Positions 36,400-48,199 of a DNA stretch of 64,000 bases are shown piece by piece. Origin of the DNA: Selaginella moellendorffii (Eukaryota > Plantae > Lycopodiophyta). Each line of letters begins with the position of its first letter. The stretch's first letter is position 1. The notes below the pieces were generated by a model. The model was not told the DNA's origin, made no database searches, and worked only from the letters and a program-made list of their open reading frames with translations. The stretch covers positions 1,347,502 to 1,411,501 of the forward strand of contig NW_003314299.1 of the NCBI RefSeq assembly GCF_000143415.4. Reading direction: 5' to 3'. The position numbers and the translations under genes are program-made.

Positions 36400-37760
36400 T
36401 TGCTAATAGTTATGAGTCTAAGTTAATAGTGGTCTTGGAAGATAGTTGGCAAGCAGATGTCATAAATGTCACTTCGGATATCAAAAAATATTTGTTGACC
36501 AACCCTTAATAACACTCTCTTTTTATTGCCATAATAGTAGAAGATTAATATTGTTGGTTCCCTTTGTGGTTTCCACCCAAGCTAGTTAAGAAACTAGTCA
36601 TTGTGTATGCACTTGATTGGATGAGTATAAAGATGGAATTCCTAAATGTTATTAGTCAAACATACTTGGCTTAATTGAAGAAATTAACTTGGTTTAATAG
36701 TAGCTTTAAAATTTGTTATGGATCTTTTAAGTTCCTAATTATGCTATTTGAGCTCAACTATATTTAATACGATAATGGATAGAATATTTAGAGATTATTT
36801 AGACATACTTATTATTCTATATATTGAAAATGTTTTAGTCTTCAGTAAAATGGTGGAGTACCATTTAAAACATTTTAAAAGCTAGTGTTTCAAACATTGC
36901 AAAAAACAAATTATATACTAAGAAGAGTAAATGCACTTTTGGCCAATTGTATGTGAATTTCTTTAAGTATATAATTTATGGTAGTGTAATTGAGGTAAAT
37001 CCAAAAAAAGTAGAACCAGTACCACTATATTAAATGTTTGTTTCTTTTTCGGTTTGGTAAGATATTATTACAAATGTATTCACAATTTTGTAAATATTAC
37101 TCTTCCATTGAATGAATTAATGAAAGGTAGTATACTATTTTATTAGACACTAGCTTGTGCATTGTGATACATCTAGTTATGCTATATATACTGTGTTGTA
37201 GCAAGATTGTGACAATACAATTGATGTTACATTAAGGTGGTATGTTTTACTCTAAAAAATTGGATGAGACCCAATGGAAATGGCTTACACATAAGAAAGA
37301 GATATTTGCTATAGTGTTGGCATTAGAACACTAAAGAAACTATTTAAGTGGATATACTAAGGTTTATATAGATAATAAGACACTGAGCTACTTTCTAATG
37401 TAGCCAAAGTTTATGCTGATGCAAGCTTATTGGCAAAAGAAGCTTGTTATATTTAATATTGTTATAAACCTAAAATAGACAATATTATTTCTAAGTCATC
37501 AAGCTTAGTCAATAATCAATTCAAATTTATTGAAGGATGTTTAAGCTTTGTATAGAAATAATCTATTGGTAAAGACAATATTGCATTGTGTAGAGTTGTC
37601 AAAGTAGAACCTTAGTGGCAAAGCAACAAAAGTTGTTAATCATACTAACATAAAGTTTCACTTCTCAATTAGAGACAAACTTATTTACTATAAGCAAAAA
37701 AGATTGTATTTTCCATCTAAAGACTATGACAGTTATTTCTATAGGAATATTAGCAGTAGG
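36400..37760 (+). mobile_element. Highly decayed Ty3/gypsy pol remnant (RT/RNase H)
   Basis: Readable fragments such as GSFKFLIMLFEL, DTSSYAI and YSKKLDETQWKWLTHKKEIFAIVLALEH*RNYLSG, with many stops. Confidence 0.7.
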
Positions 37761-38659
37761 ACATGATAGTAATGAAAGTTTTCAAGCTTGTCTCAAAAAG
37801 TGACTCCTAAGACAGGTGAAACATGCTTTCATATTTGAGGAGGCAAAACATAAGGGTTATAGGGGCTTTTAAATTTGTAATAGGGATAGTGGTTAGAAGT
37901 ATGGTTGATTATCTAAAATCATTAGTTTGGCTTTAGTTGGGTTATATCATTCCTTCTTCAACATTCAACTTGGGCCTAAGTCTAAGTTTTATGCTATTTT
38001 AGTTAGTGGGGTATTTATTTCCTTGTATTAGGCTATTAGTTTGCCAAAATTGTGCTAAACACTATTTAACATTGTTTTGTATGCAAGAGTTAAATACGGG
38101 GAATTAATGCTTATAAGGGATTTTAAGTGTATACCAAACCCTCATTTTGTAATATAATGGTGTTAGAGTTTAACTCTAAATTCAATTGTGTTACATTTGG
38201 TATCAAAGAAACTATCTCAATAAATCTTATTCAACTTTTATTAGAGTTTTTTACTCTAGTTACATACACAAAGACTTTCTTAGTAGATTTGAATAAAATT
38301 AGTTGGATCGCACCATTTGGTAAAAATGTTATATACATATTCATTTATTGATAGAGGTGTGTATGTAGTTGGTGAGATGGCAAAGTGGAATTGTACTAAT
38401 GATGCTAAAACCTTTAAATGAGTGAATTTAGAAGAAGAAATTTTTATTGGAGATATTATAAAAGGGGTTAAAGCTAAGTTAGAAAAGGAAGAGATTAAGC
38501 CTGATACTACATTATACAACTTAAAATATTGAAATTGAGAATTTGCAAAATGAAATTTATAAATTAAAGAAGGATTAAAAAGAGCAAGAAAGAAGCAAAA
38601 AGCACCTAAAGTAACTAAATTTAAGCAATTGAACTTCTTTTCAAATTCCAAGGATAATG

Positions 38660-39510
38660 TGTGTTCTATGACAATTTGACCACATTGTCCGAGCTCCTCC
38701 CAACTTGTCCATCAGCTCCTCCATTTAAGGTATCAAACCTGTTCTTGACCGTAGTCCTGTTTAGTGCACAATAATCCACATACAGCTGCCATGAGTTATC
38801 TTTCTTGAGAACCAGCAAGATTGGCACCACAAATGGGCTGGAACTTGGCTTGATGAGGCCCTACTCCAAAAGCTCAATGACCATCTTGTCAACGTCCTAT
38901 CATTCATCTCAAGAAAGCTAAAGAAACAGATGAGATGTATCCTTCTCTAGGTGATGGAATGCTCCAGAGCTGAAACTTCCCAAGAGACCTGATAGTGGAA
39001 AACCGGGAGATGATGGGACAGAACATCCATTCTTGACTTGGAGATGTAGGATATCTTGGCAAACCAACTCCAACGCCCTATCTGTCTCCCAAGCCGAAGT
39101 CGTCTGAGTCCGACACTACCAGGAGCTTCGCCTCCTGTACTGCATTTTCCATCCCCCTGTGTTCCCAACGAGGCAACTCGTTGCTTGAAGGAGGCAACAT
39201 GAGGAACTCTATACCCTTAACAACGCACACAAAGTGACATGGATGATGCAGCTTGAGGTCACAAGAGACTAAGCCAAGCCACCTGGCATTTGCCATCCCA
39301 AAACGACAACCATTGCTCCTGAAAGTTGACAACGATGTCCCCCAGCTGCTGCAAGGTTTCCACACTCAGCACGATATCCACAACTCCCATTTCCAAAGTC
39401 CTGTCACCAGATATCCTTCCACTACAAATTGGTGGCTTGGGCCTGAACTTTTTGGCCGGTCCTTTTGATGACCAAATCAAAGGTCGACTTATTCTCACGG
39501 TTCCCATAAT
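38660..39510 (-). mobile_element. Ty3/gypsy protease/RT fragment
   Basis: GLIKPSSSPFVVPILLVLKKDNSWQLYVDYCALNRTTVKNRF (RT N-terminus); VDIVLSVETLQQLGDIVVNFQ (aspartic protease C-terminal region); disrupted. Confidence 0.75.
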
Positions 39511-39697
39511 ACAGCCTCATGTATTTTGAGATCATATAATATTGAGGAGATCAAGGGGAGATCAACTAAGCCTTATTTCTAATCTTAGGCAATCTGCTCA
39601 CAGCAAATATTTTGATGAATTTGAAACTTATTGAACGCCACCAATCTAGAGAATGGTTACACACGGAGATAGCACCTTGAGCCTCGCAATACCTCTC

Positions 39698-42600
39698 TCA
39701 TTCGAGCAAGTCAATAGACCAAGCAGTGGCCAGCTGAAGAGCCAGCTTAGCCACAGCATTGCCCATCCACCTCTCCGGGAAGTCCAGCGCCGAAGTATCG
39801 TGCAAGGACGTGACGAGCTCACGCTTTGCATCCATGGAGAACTTGAAACAATCGGCTCCTTTCGTTCTCACGAGCTCTGAAACCTGCAAAGGAGGGAAAT
39901 CAGACAACCTTTAAGCAACACAGTCTTCTCGAAGCGAAAGAAGAAATCAGGAAAGAGACTTACCTGATCAAGCCAAGGAAAAGCAGCATCGAGAAAATGC
40001 TGCTGATGAAGTATTTGCAAGAGTGCTCGGAACATCGATATCGCGGTCGAATTGGAGAAGTGGTCGAAAGCCGGGCCGGTTTGATTCATCATCCGCACCA
40101 GCAGCAAGTCGTCCTCGGCCGACAATGCCTCCTCGTAGGCACAATCGACATCGCCACCGTGAAGGTTCTCCATTGCCCGCGTCCAGAAAAGCCAGGAAGG
40201 TGGCGCAACCTGTTTGAGCTCCGGCTGCTTGGACTCCATCACCATCTCCGGTGACTTGTCCGAGGCCACAGCCTCTTCGCCAGCAGCACCCCTGATAGCT
40301 TCCAGCGTCGCCTCGTCTTTGGAGGCTCTCCATACACTCCTTGCGGAAGGGCCCTCTCCAGACCTCACTGGACCAGGGCCTCTGTCCCACGCTCGTCTCG
40401 CCACTGGCTGGTGGTCCTCACTGTCTACGTGTTGTTGCTGGTGTTGTTGGTGTCGAGAGCTTTCACGTCGTACGCCCGCAACGCTTCTCAAAGTGTCGTA
40501 GTTGATGCTGGCCTGTAGCTCCTGGATACTGCTATACGGCGACTCTCTCCCGCTCCTGTCCGAGTTGATCGAGAATCTTTCCTCGTAGTCCGACAGCTTC
40601 AGGAACCTGGATCCCAACGCGTCCGACTCTCTCGAGTCCCCAAAACTTCTGTTCCGTGACGTGAACTCGAGAGTCGTTGTCGCGCCCCTGCCGTTGCCAC
40701 CACCGCTGTTCCTTCCCGAGGATATGTTTTCTACGGACCTCTCAAGTCGCTGTACTCTGTCTTGCAAAGAAAGCATGCTCTCTTGGCAGGTGCACATGAA
40801 ATCCTGTCACACCACGAATAAAGTAAGAAAAAGAATCGCAAAATAACGTGTCCACTCACTTGTAGCATTTCCAGAAGCTCAGTTTGTCCACGCTCTAATT
40901 GGCATATCTGTCGCTGTATAAGAATCCAGTCGCTGCCATTCAAACGTGGCTCAGTACTTGCTGGCTCCGGATCTCCATCCCAAAGCTGACTCTTTTGGTC
41001 TTTCTCGCTTTGTTCTTCCGGGGTGGCATCCAGCCACGATACAGTTTCCACGGAGGACTTGATCGCTAGGCTCGCAGCAGCAGCGTTACCACCAACACCA
41101 CCACCCTCCGGAGCAGAATTAGCCTCGGAAAGATTTTCAGAGCCAACAGGAGTCCGACTCCTCCTAGAACTCCCATCGGTCTCTCCTGAAACAGTAGTTC
41201 GACTATCAGCTTCGGCCGAAACAAACTCCTTGTCGCTGCCAGACTTGCCTTCTATGTCTTGCGATGGTGACACCCGGGGCAGAGCAACCTCCACTTCCCA
41301 GTCGTCGGAAATCTTACTTTCCAGCTTTCGAAAGAAGTCCGGATTCATTTTCAGGTCGCTAACAGCTGGCGCTTTTTTCCTGCTCGATCCTTTGTTAGAA
41401 GCCTTGTCATCGGACGATACTGACTCGGCCTGTTCATACGTTTTAGCTGCATCAGCACCGGAACAGTCAGCTTCAGCATCCGGTTCCTTCCAACAACGTG
41501 AAAAACTAGGCGTTTCTTCCGGAGTATTGTTATTGTTGGTGCCTGCGTGGTTGTATAGAACTCAGTACGAGGACAACGGAAAAGAAAAAGAGAAAAGAAT
41601 AGTCTCACTTCTTAGTTTAAGAGAGCTATCTAGCTCGGGTCCAGGAACCGTCTTCCAGACGTGGATGGCACAGGTAACAGCATCTCGCACTGGTTTCACC
41701 TGATCAAAGTCAACCAAAGAACCTAAGAAAAGTAGTGTTACAGAAAGGACAGGGAAAAAACGAAACGAGGGAAATAGAAAGAAAAGAAAGAAGAAAAAAA
41801 GGAAAAGCCACGCAATAGCTACCTTGTCAAAGCGATGAGAATCCAGTACTCCAAGTGTCGACGGCTTTAGCTTGGACAAACCAGGGCAAGCAAGCACAGA
41901 TAAAGTCTCTGCGGCAGCTTTTCGAGCAGTCCAATCGCTGCAGTGAAGAGATTCTTGGACGCAAGGCACGAGCTGGGCCAAATGCTCGTCCCCAGAATCT
42001 TTGGCAACCTACATTGTCGAAAAGAGAAAAATCAAAAACTTGTAAAGCCTAGGTAGAGAGAAGAAAGCTGCCATACCCGAGAGAGGCTTCCAATTGCTGA
42101 TAGAAGCGCTGCCTTTGCCATGAATCCTGGGCTAGAGAGAACTTTGATGATCCGCGGAGCGAGCCTGTGTATGCAAGCCGGGGAGAGATTTGGAGCGTTC
42201 TCGATCACTCTGGCGAGGCACATTGCCGCTCCAATCTGGACGTTCTTCGTCTGCTCGCCCATGGAATCAAACAGCGGCTTGGTGTAGACCACCAGAAATC
42301 CCCCTTGTGGGTTGGCATTGTTCTCGGTGGCCGGGACCCTGGCGACGAGCACACCGATCGTGTCCACGCACACGTCCCTAATCTGGCTGTCGGGATCCTT
42401 GAGCCGCCGCATGAGAAACGCGACGATCTTGGGAAGATGGGGGGAGAGCATCTCACCGTGGATCGCCGACAGCACCGCGAGGATTTTCACGCACTCCTTG
42501 CGCGCCGTGGTCTTCTGCTCCGGCCCGACGTCGAATAGGCACGCCAGGAACACCGAAATCCCGTCTTGCGACAGATTCTCGGCAATTCTTTGCAGCTCCT

Positions 42601-42715
42601 CCACCGCCATCTGCTGCGTGTCGCGATCGCCGAGCTTGTTGAGCGCCGAGAGAATGCTGAGCTTGAGCTCCATCGCGGCGCGCGCGCGCGCGGTCCTGTT
42701 GCTGATCTGCGCCAT
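39698..42715 (-). CDS. TOR1: TORTIFOLIA1/SPIRAL2 microtubule-associated HEAT-repeat protein, multi-exon
   Basis: ELKLSILSALNKLGDRDTQQMAVEEL, DWTARKAAAETL, RFDKVKPVRD, NPDFFRKLE...DDWEVEV, GEGPSARSVWRASKDEATLEAIR. Confidence 0.9.
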
Positions 42716-43280
42716 GGCGACCAGATTTTAGGGTTCCTCAATGAACCAGCTATGGCGAAAAATTATTAAAAAAAAATTTAAATCAAGGCTGTCCAACAAC
42801 GACGGCCACGCCACCGCCAGCTGTCACCCCTATCCACCGCTGGATCCCGGGCGAGCTACAGCCGTTGATTGTAATAGCCACACCCTGGATGCCGTTGGCC
42901 TCTCACGGGCACTGACGGCCCAGATCGGGGGTTGGATATGGCCAAAACCATCCAAGGTTTTTAACGGAACCCTCGTTCATTCAGACAGTGGCATTCCGAC
43001 AAGCCCGTGGCGGCTGTTAGCATTCTCCTGACGAGGCGCCGGATCGATCAATCGAGGCTGGAGCATGGCGCGGGCGGCGGCGCTGGAGCGGCATTTGCCC
43101 CTCACGGATTGATAATCCCGTGAGCGCCAGGCAGCGATCGATCCGAAATATCGATATTCGAGCGGCGGGCGCATCGATCTCTCGGCAGCGCGATTTCCAG
43201 GTCTTTCTCCTTCTCTTTCACTGCTCCAGGTTCTAGATCTCGCCCCCCCGTATCGATCGATCCATCCCTCCCGCCGCTGC

Positions 43281-44426
43281 ATGGAGTCTCCAACCGACGC
43301 CGGATGGATGGTGACATGGGGATTGCTGGGCACAGGCGCGGCCATGGCGGCCGCGGGGCTCTACTGGGCGATGTGCGTGGCCGGCTCGGCGGAGCAAAAA
43401 GGGAAGCGCGCCGTGGATCTCGGCGGTGGATCGCTTTCCAGGGGCGAGGTCGCCGGGAACTACCGCGAGTACGCGGCCTTCTTCGATAAGCCCCAGCAGA
43501 TCGCGGCCAAGGACAAGGTGCCCAAGCTTGTCGACACCTTCTACAACCTCGTCACGGACATCTACGAGTGGGGATGGGGCCAGAGCTTCCACTTCTCGCC
43601 GGCGGTCCCAGGCGTGGGGCATCGCGAGGAGACCAAGCTCCACGAGAAGTACGTGGCGGATCTGCTAGAGCTCGGGCCCGGCCAGCGGGTGCTGGACGCC
43701 GGGTGTGGCGTCGGGGGCCCGATGAGAACCATCGCCGCCCACTCGGGATCCAACGTCGTGGGCATCACCATCAACGACTACCAAGTCGCCCGGGCTCGCA
43801 GCCACAACAGCAAGGCCGGGCTAAGCAAGCTCTGCGAGGTGATTTGCGGGGACTTTCTCCACATGCCCTTTGGCGACGATAGCTTCGACGCGGCCTACTC
43901 GATCGAGGCGACGTGCCATGCACCGCAGCTCCGCGACGTTTACGCCGAGATCTATCGCGTGCTCAAGCCGGGGAAGCTCTACGTCTCTTACGAGTGGGTC
44001 ACGACTTGCAAGTACCAGGCCCAGGATCCGGAGCACGTCAAGATCATCCACGAGATCGAGCACGGGAACGCGCTGCCGGGGCTGCGCTCGTATAAGCAGG
44101 TCGTGGAGATCGCCAAGGAGGTAGGATTTGAGGTTTTGGAGGACAGGGATTTGGCGCTTCCTCCGGCGCATCCCTGGTGGACGAGGCTCAAGATGGGGCG
44201 GCTGGCGTACTACAGGAACCATGTCGTGATCGCGCTGCTATCGTTCCTGGGGATCGCGCCGCAGGGGGTTTTCGAGGTGCACGAGATGCTGTTCAAGACG
44301 GCCATGTATCTGACGCGAGGCGGCGAGACTGGGATTTTCTCGCCGATGCATCTCTTGGTTTGCCGGAAGCCATTAGATGGTGGTGATGCCGCCACCGCTG
44401 CTACTGCTGCAGTTGCTTCTTCTTGA
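43281..44426 (+). CDS. SMT2: 24-methylenesterol C-methyltransferase (intronless)
   Basis: FYNLVTDIYEWGWGQSFHFS, VLDAGCGVGGP, YSIEATCHAP, WWTRLKMGR. Confidence 0.95.
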   Translation: MESPTDAGWMVTWGLLGTGAAMAAAGLYWAMCVAGSAEQKGKRAVDLGGGSLSRGEVAGNYREYAAFFDKPQQIAAKDKVPKLVDTFYNLVTDIYEWGWGQSFHFSPAVPGVGHREETKLHEKYVADLLELGPGQRVLDAGCGVGGPMRTIAAHSGSNVVGITINDYQVARARSHNSKAGLSKLCEVICGDFLHMPFGDDSFDAAYSIEATCHAPQLRDVYAEIYRVLKPGKLYVSYEWVTTCKYQAQDPEHVKIIHEIEHGNALPGLRSYKQVVEIAKEVGFEVLEDRDLALPPAHPWWTRLKMGRLAYYRNHVVIALLSFLGIAPQGVFEVHEMLFKTAMYLTRGGETGIFSPMHLLVCRKPLDGGDAATAATAAVASS

Positions 44427-44689
44427 CTCCTGGAATAATCTGCTCCTCCATCTTCTGCACACTACATTTTTTTAATTTTTTTTTGGTTCTTTCTTCTTGG
44501 CCTTTCTTCTTTTTAACTCCTTTATATCCTTTATTTTTCCAGAAAATCGGTTTTGTTCTTGTGCTGCTCTAAAGTAAGGTATTATTTGTGTTGGAGCCGA
44601 AAAGAGAGCAAATGTGGCTTATATGAAACAATTTGAATAATGCTATTGGCAGAATGGATATACTTATTATGAATATAGGCTGTTTTGTT

Positions 44690-45100
44690 GGCGATCTCCT
44701 CCATAGAGACGCCCTGGGCTATCTCTCCTCCTCCATATAGAGATGCTCTGTTCATAGAGACACCCTGGGCTATCTCTCCTCCTCCATAGAAATGCCCTGG
44801 GGTAGGATTGTAGCTTAGTTTTGTTCTTTCTTTGGTTTCTCTCTTGTTTTTGTTTTGCAGCTTGCATTATTAATATTTGCAGTGCAATTTCTTGCAACAT
44901 AAATTCCCATTTCTTTTGCTGTTTTCTTGCCATCTATTTCCAATTTGTGGGCACTCTCCTCCAAGAGACGCCCTGCTCCTCCATAGAAGGATTATAGTTT
45001 GGTTTTGTTCTTTCTTTGGTTTCTCTTTTGTTTTGTTTTGCAGTTTGCATTATTAATATTTGCAGTGTAATTTCTTGCAACACAAATTTCCATTTTTCTG
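44690..45100. repeat. Local direct duplications downstream of SMT2
   Basis: CATAGAGACRCCCTGGGCTATCTCTCCTCCTCCATA twice; ~105-bp block at ~44805-44915 repeated at ~44989-45095. Confidence 0.8.
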
Positions 45101-47987
45101 GTATTATCCTTATTTTGTTGAGGAATATGTGTCCCATGTACACTTCATCCTTAAACATGTTTTACCATGTGAAATTATGATGGGGCCAATTCAAAGGCAC
45201 ATTAGTTTCTATCCCCTGAATCATGTTTACACCTTTCCATATGATATATTTACAAGAGTTCGTACCTTATAATCTGCCAAGGCTAAATATTTCACCAACT
45301 GAATTAAACATGAAGGTACAAACAAGATAACTAATAATAGTTAATAGTTATTGACATGATAACTATTGCCATTTTAAGCTTTATTATCAACACAGTAAAT
45401 AAATATTTCACTTCCACCTTAAAGCAAGGCAATCATCTATGAGAAGACTTTCTTTTGGAAGCTAGGATCTACATGAAGCTCTAACTGTAAGCTAAAAGTC
45501 GAAAGATCCTTTGTAGGTTGTTTTATTTGTGATTAATGTGAAAAATACTTTGTATTACACAATAATAGAGTTCTTAGCCACAGTTGCATCAAACAATGCT
45601 AAATGGTTTCTTAATTCTCTCACTATTAAGAGTTGATCCCTCCACAACATTTAACAGATTGCAAGGTTGAATTCCAAAGTTTTGGTGCTGAACAAAGAAT
45701 TTAAAGCTAGATATGTGATCCATACAAGAGGATTGATGCTTATAGTTACTTCTTTAATTCTTCTTGATCTGATTAAAGTGGAACATAAAAAATATTTAAT
45801 TTTAATCCTATTCCATAACAATCAAAACAATTTTTGCTAATTGGGTAGTATATAATAAGAAATTTATATCTTTTAAATCCTTTAAGAGTCAAAATTCAAA
45901 TGTAAACCTATTAAAGTAAGCTGTTATAATTTGTAATATTTATAGACTTTATAGTAACTATCAAAAAGATTATAAAAAATGATATTCAAACAAAAAGATT
46001 ACATTCTTTTAAATGGAAATTTACAGAGAAGCTCCTTAAATTAAACATGTTTACAAATATGCATTCAGAATTTTTTATATAGCAAGAAAGCCTCAGTGAC
46101 ATTTTATTTCTCCTCTAATTTCAAAAGTAGTAATATAGCTAAATATAGTTTTATATTATATAAATATTTATTTTCTTAGTAAAAACATTTTAATCACTTT
46201 AAGAAATTTCTATTTTTTATTATTAAAGCTGGAATAAAGTTTAAATTAAAAATTAATATTAAATACTATTATTGAAAATTCATAATAAAATAATAACGAG
46301 ATAAAGTGATCAATATAGAATTATATCTATTAAAAATTATAAATATTTTCTTAAATTATTCTCAAAATCTGATATGTTAATTTATTAGTGAATTATACCT
46401 AATAATTGATCAATAGTTATGTTTAATTTTTTTTTATCTAAAAATATTATATATTAAAATATGTATGTATAATCAAACATGCTTCTCATTAAGTGCATCA
46501 TTTTATATTGCTACCAAAATCAAAATAATTAATAAATATTAAAAATTAAAATTTTGGCATAAATTATTTTATGAGTCATAACAAATGATAATATTACAAA
46601 TTTTATGTAGCGCACTTTATCTCTTTCCCTTTAAGCCAACTGGAAAAGGGCCAATTGCTTGATGAGAAAGCCTTTAGTGGCTATTTTATCTTTATTTATC
46701 CCCCAAGGTTCCAAAGATCATGGTGACAATATATCCAAATCTCATCTCATGATCACATGCACTACATTTTATGTATAGTCTACTACAAAAAAATATTATT
46801 ACATTTTTCTTTGTGTTTAATGATGCTTAAGACTACTACATATTTTAACTTAATTTGATTTCTATCCTTTTAGTCTTTAGTTTTGAATACTCTTATTTAT
46901 TTTACCAATGCACTATTTAACATTTTACTGTATAAAACTTTAAAAGGATAGGGTGATTGTGGAATTTTTGTAAACATAGAAAGTAAAGTATAGCTCATCA
47001 TGTAAACTATATTATTTTTTAATATAAAATCATGGTTTGCTATTAAACAAATATATTTAATAAAATTAAGAATTGAAAATATATTATTAATATGATGCTG
47101 GATGGAAGGAAATATAAATAAACAACTGTATAATGTATAGAGAAATAAAAATAAATATTAAAAGTTTTTTGAATTTAAAAAGTTAATCCCAAAATTCTGA
47201 CCATGTGTAAAACATCACTATGAGAAAGTAGTAAGAACACATTAATAACATTATAATCACTTTAAGCTAATAAACCTCCTCTTAATTAGCAAGAATTATT
47301 TTCTACTTATCTTTAGTGTCTAGAGTATGTTTATACTCATCCTTTATGTGAGTAATCAAATAATTTTATTAAGATATCACTATTTCATTACAAATTTGAT
47401 AAAAATATGTTAAAACTACATTATAAAAATTCAAATGTAAAATGATTATTAGTCATTTCTTAAGTTATAAGATTAAATCTTAACAAAAAAATTATTTTCA
47501 GATATTACAGTTTTGTCTAACATCAATCAAAATGGTAAGAAATCCTGATGTATTATTTAAAAGTTTTTCACCTATAAAATACAAAAAGTTTTTAGTCATT
47601 AGTAGAATATACTAATAAAATAATTTTTTGTGCTTTGCATGCAACAATGTTTGGTTTTCTTAATAGTAGTGTTTTCCTATTTATTAATTCATTTGATCAA
47701 ATAAAAATTTATAATTATAAACATGTTTATAATTTATAAACAACTTGTGTTTTTCCTTGTGTTTGAAGGGATTGATTTTGGTTGTAGTGCACCACCTTCA
47801 CTTTCACCACTTTGCCCTAATCTTTGAGTTGGAAATTTTTGGCAAATGTAGACACAAAAGTTTCCTCTTATAGAGAACTAGGGAATAATTTTCAAAAAAC
47901 TAAGGGTTTCTTTTACATTTATCCACTAATATATAAATGTCAAATGACATTATGATTAACATTTTTAAAAGAATAATCCCACCTTGG

Positions 47988-48182
47988 TGGCTACAGAGGC
48001 TCTGGAAGGCATGCTCGACTTAATGACTTCACCGTGCCAAACCAGAGCCAAAACGCTTCGAGCTGAAGACCGAGCTCTCACTGCGAATGGCTCACACAGC
48101 CTCGGTCATCAACGACGATATATGGATAATTGGCGGACGGCAAGGTCCTCGTGATCTCTTGGCTCATTAAGTGCGAGGAAGC
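47988..48182 (+). pseudogene. Inverted, deletion-bearing copy of a TYW Kelch exon
   Basis: Reverse complement of ~48978-49195 (e.g. GCGAATGGCTCACACAGCCTCGGTCATCAACGACGATATATGGATAATTGGCGGACGGC). Confidence 0.85.
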
Positions 48183-48199
48183 TTAATCAAACCTTTGCA

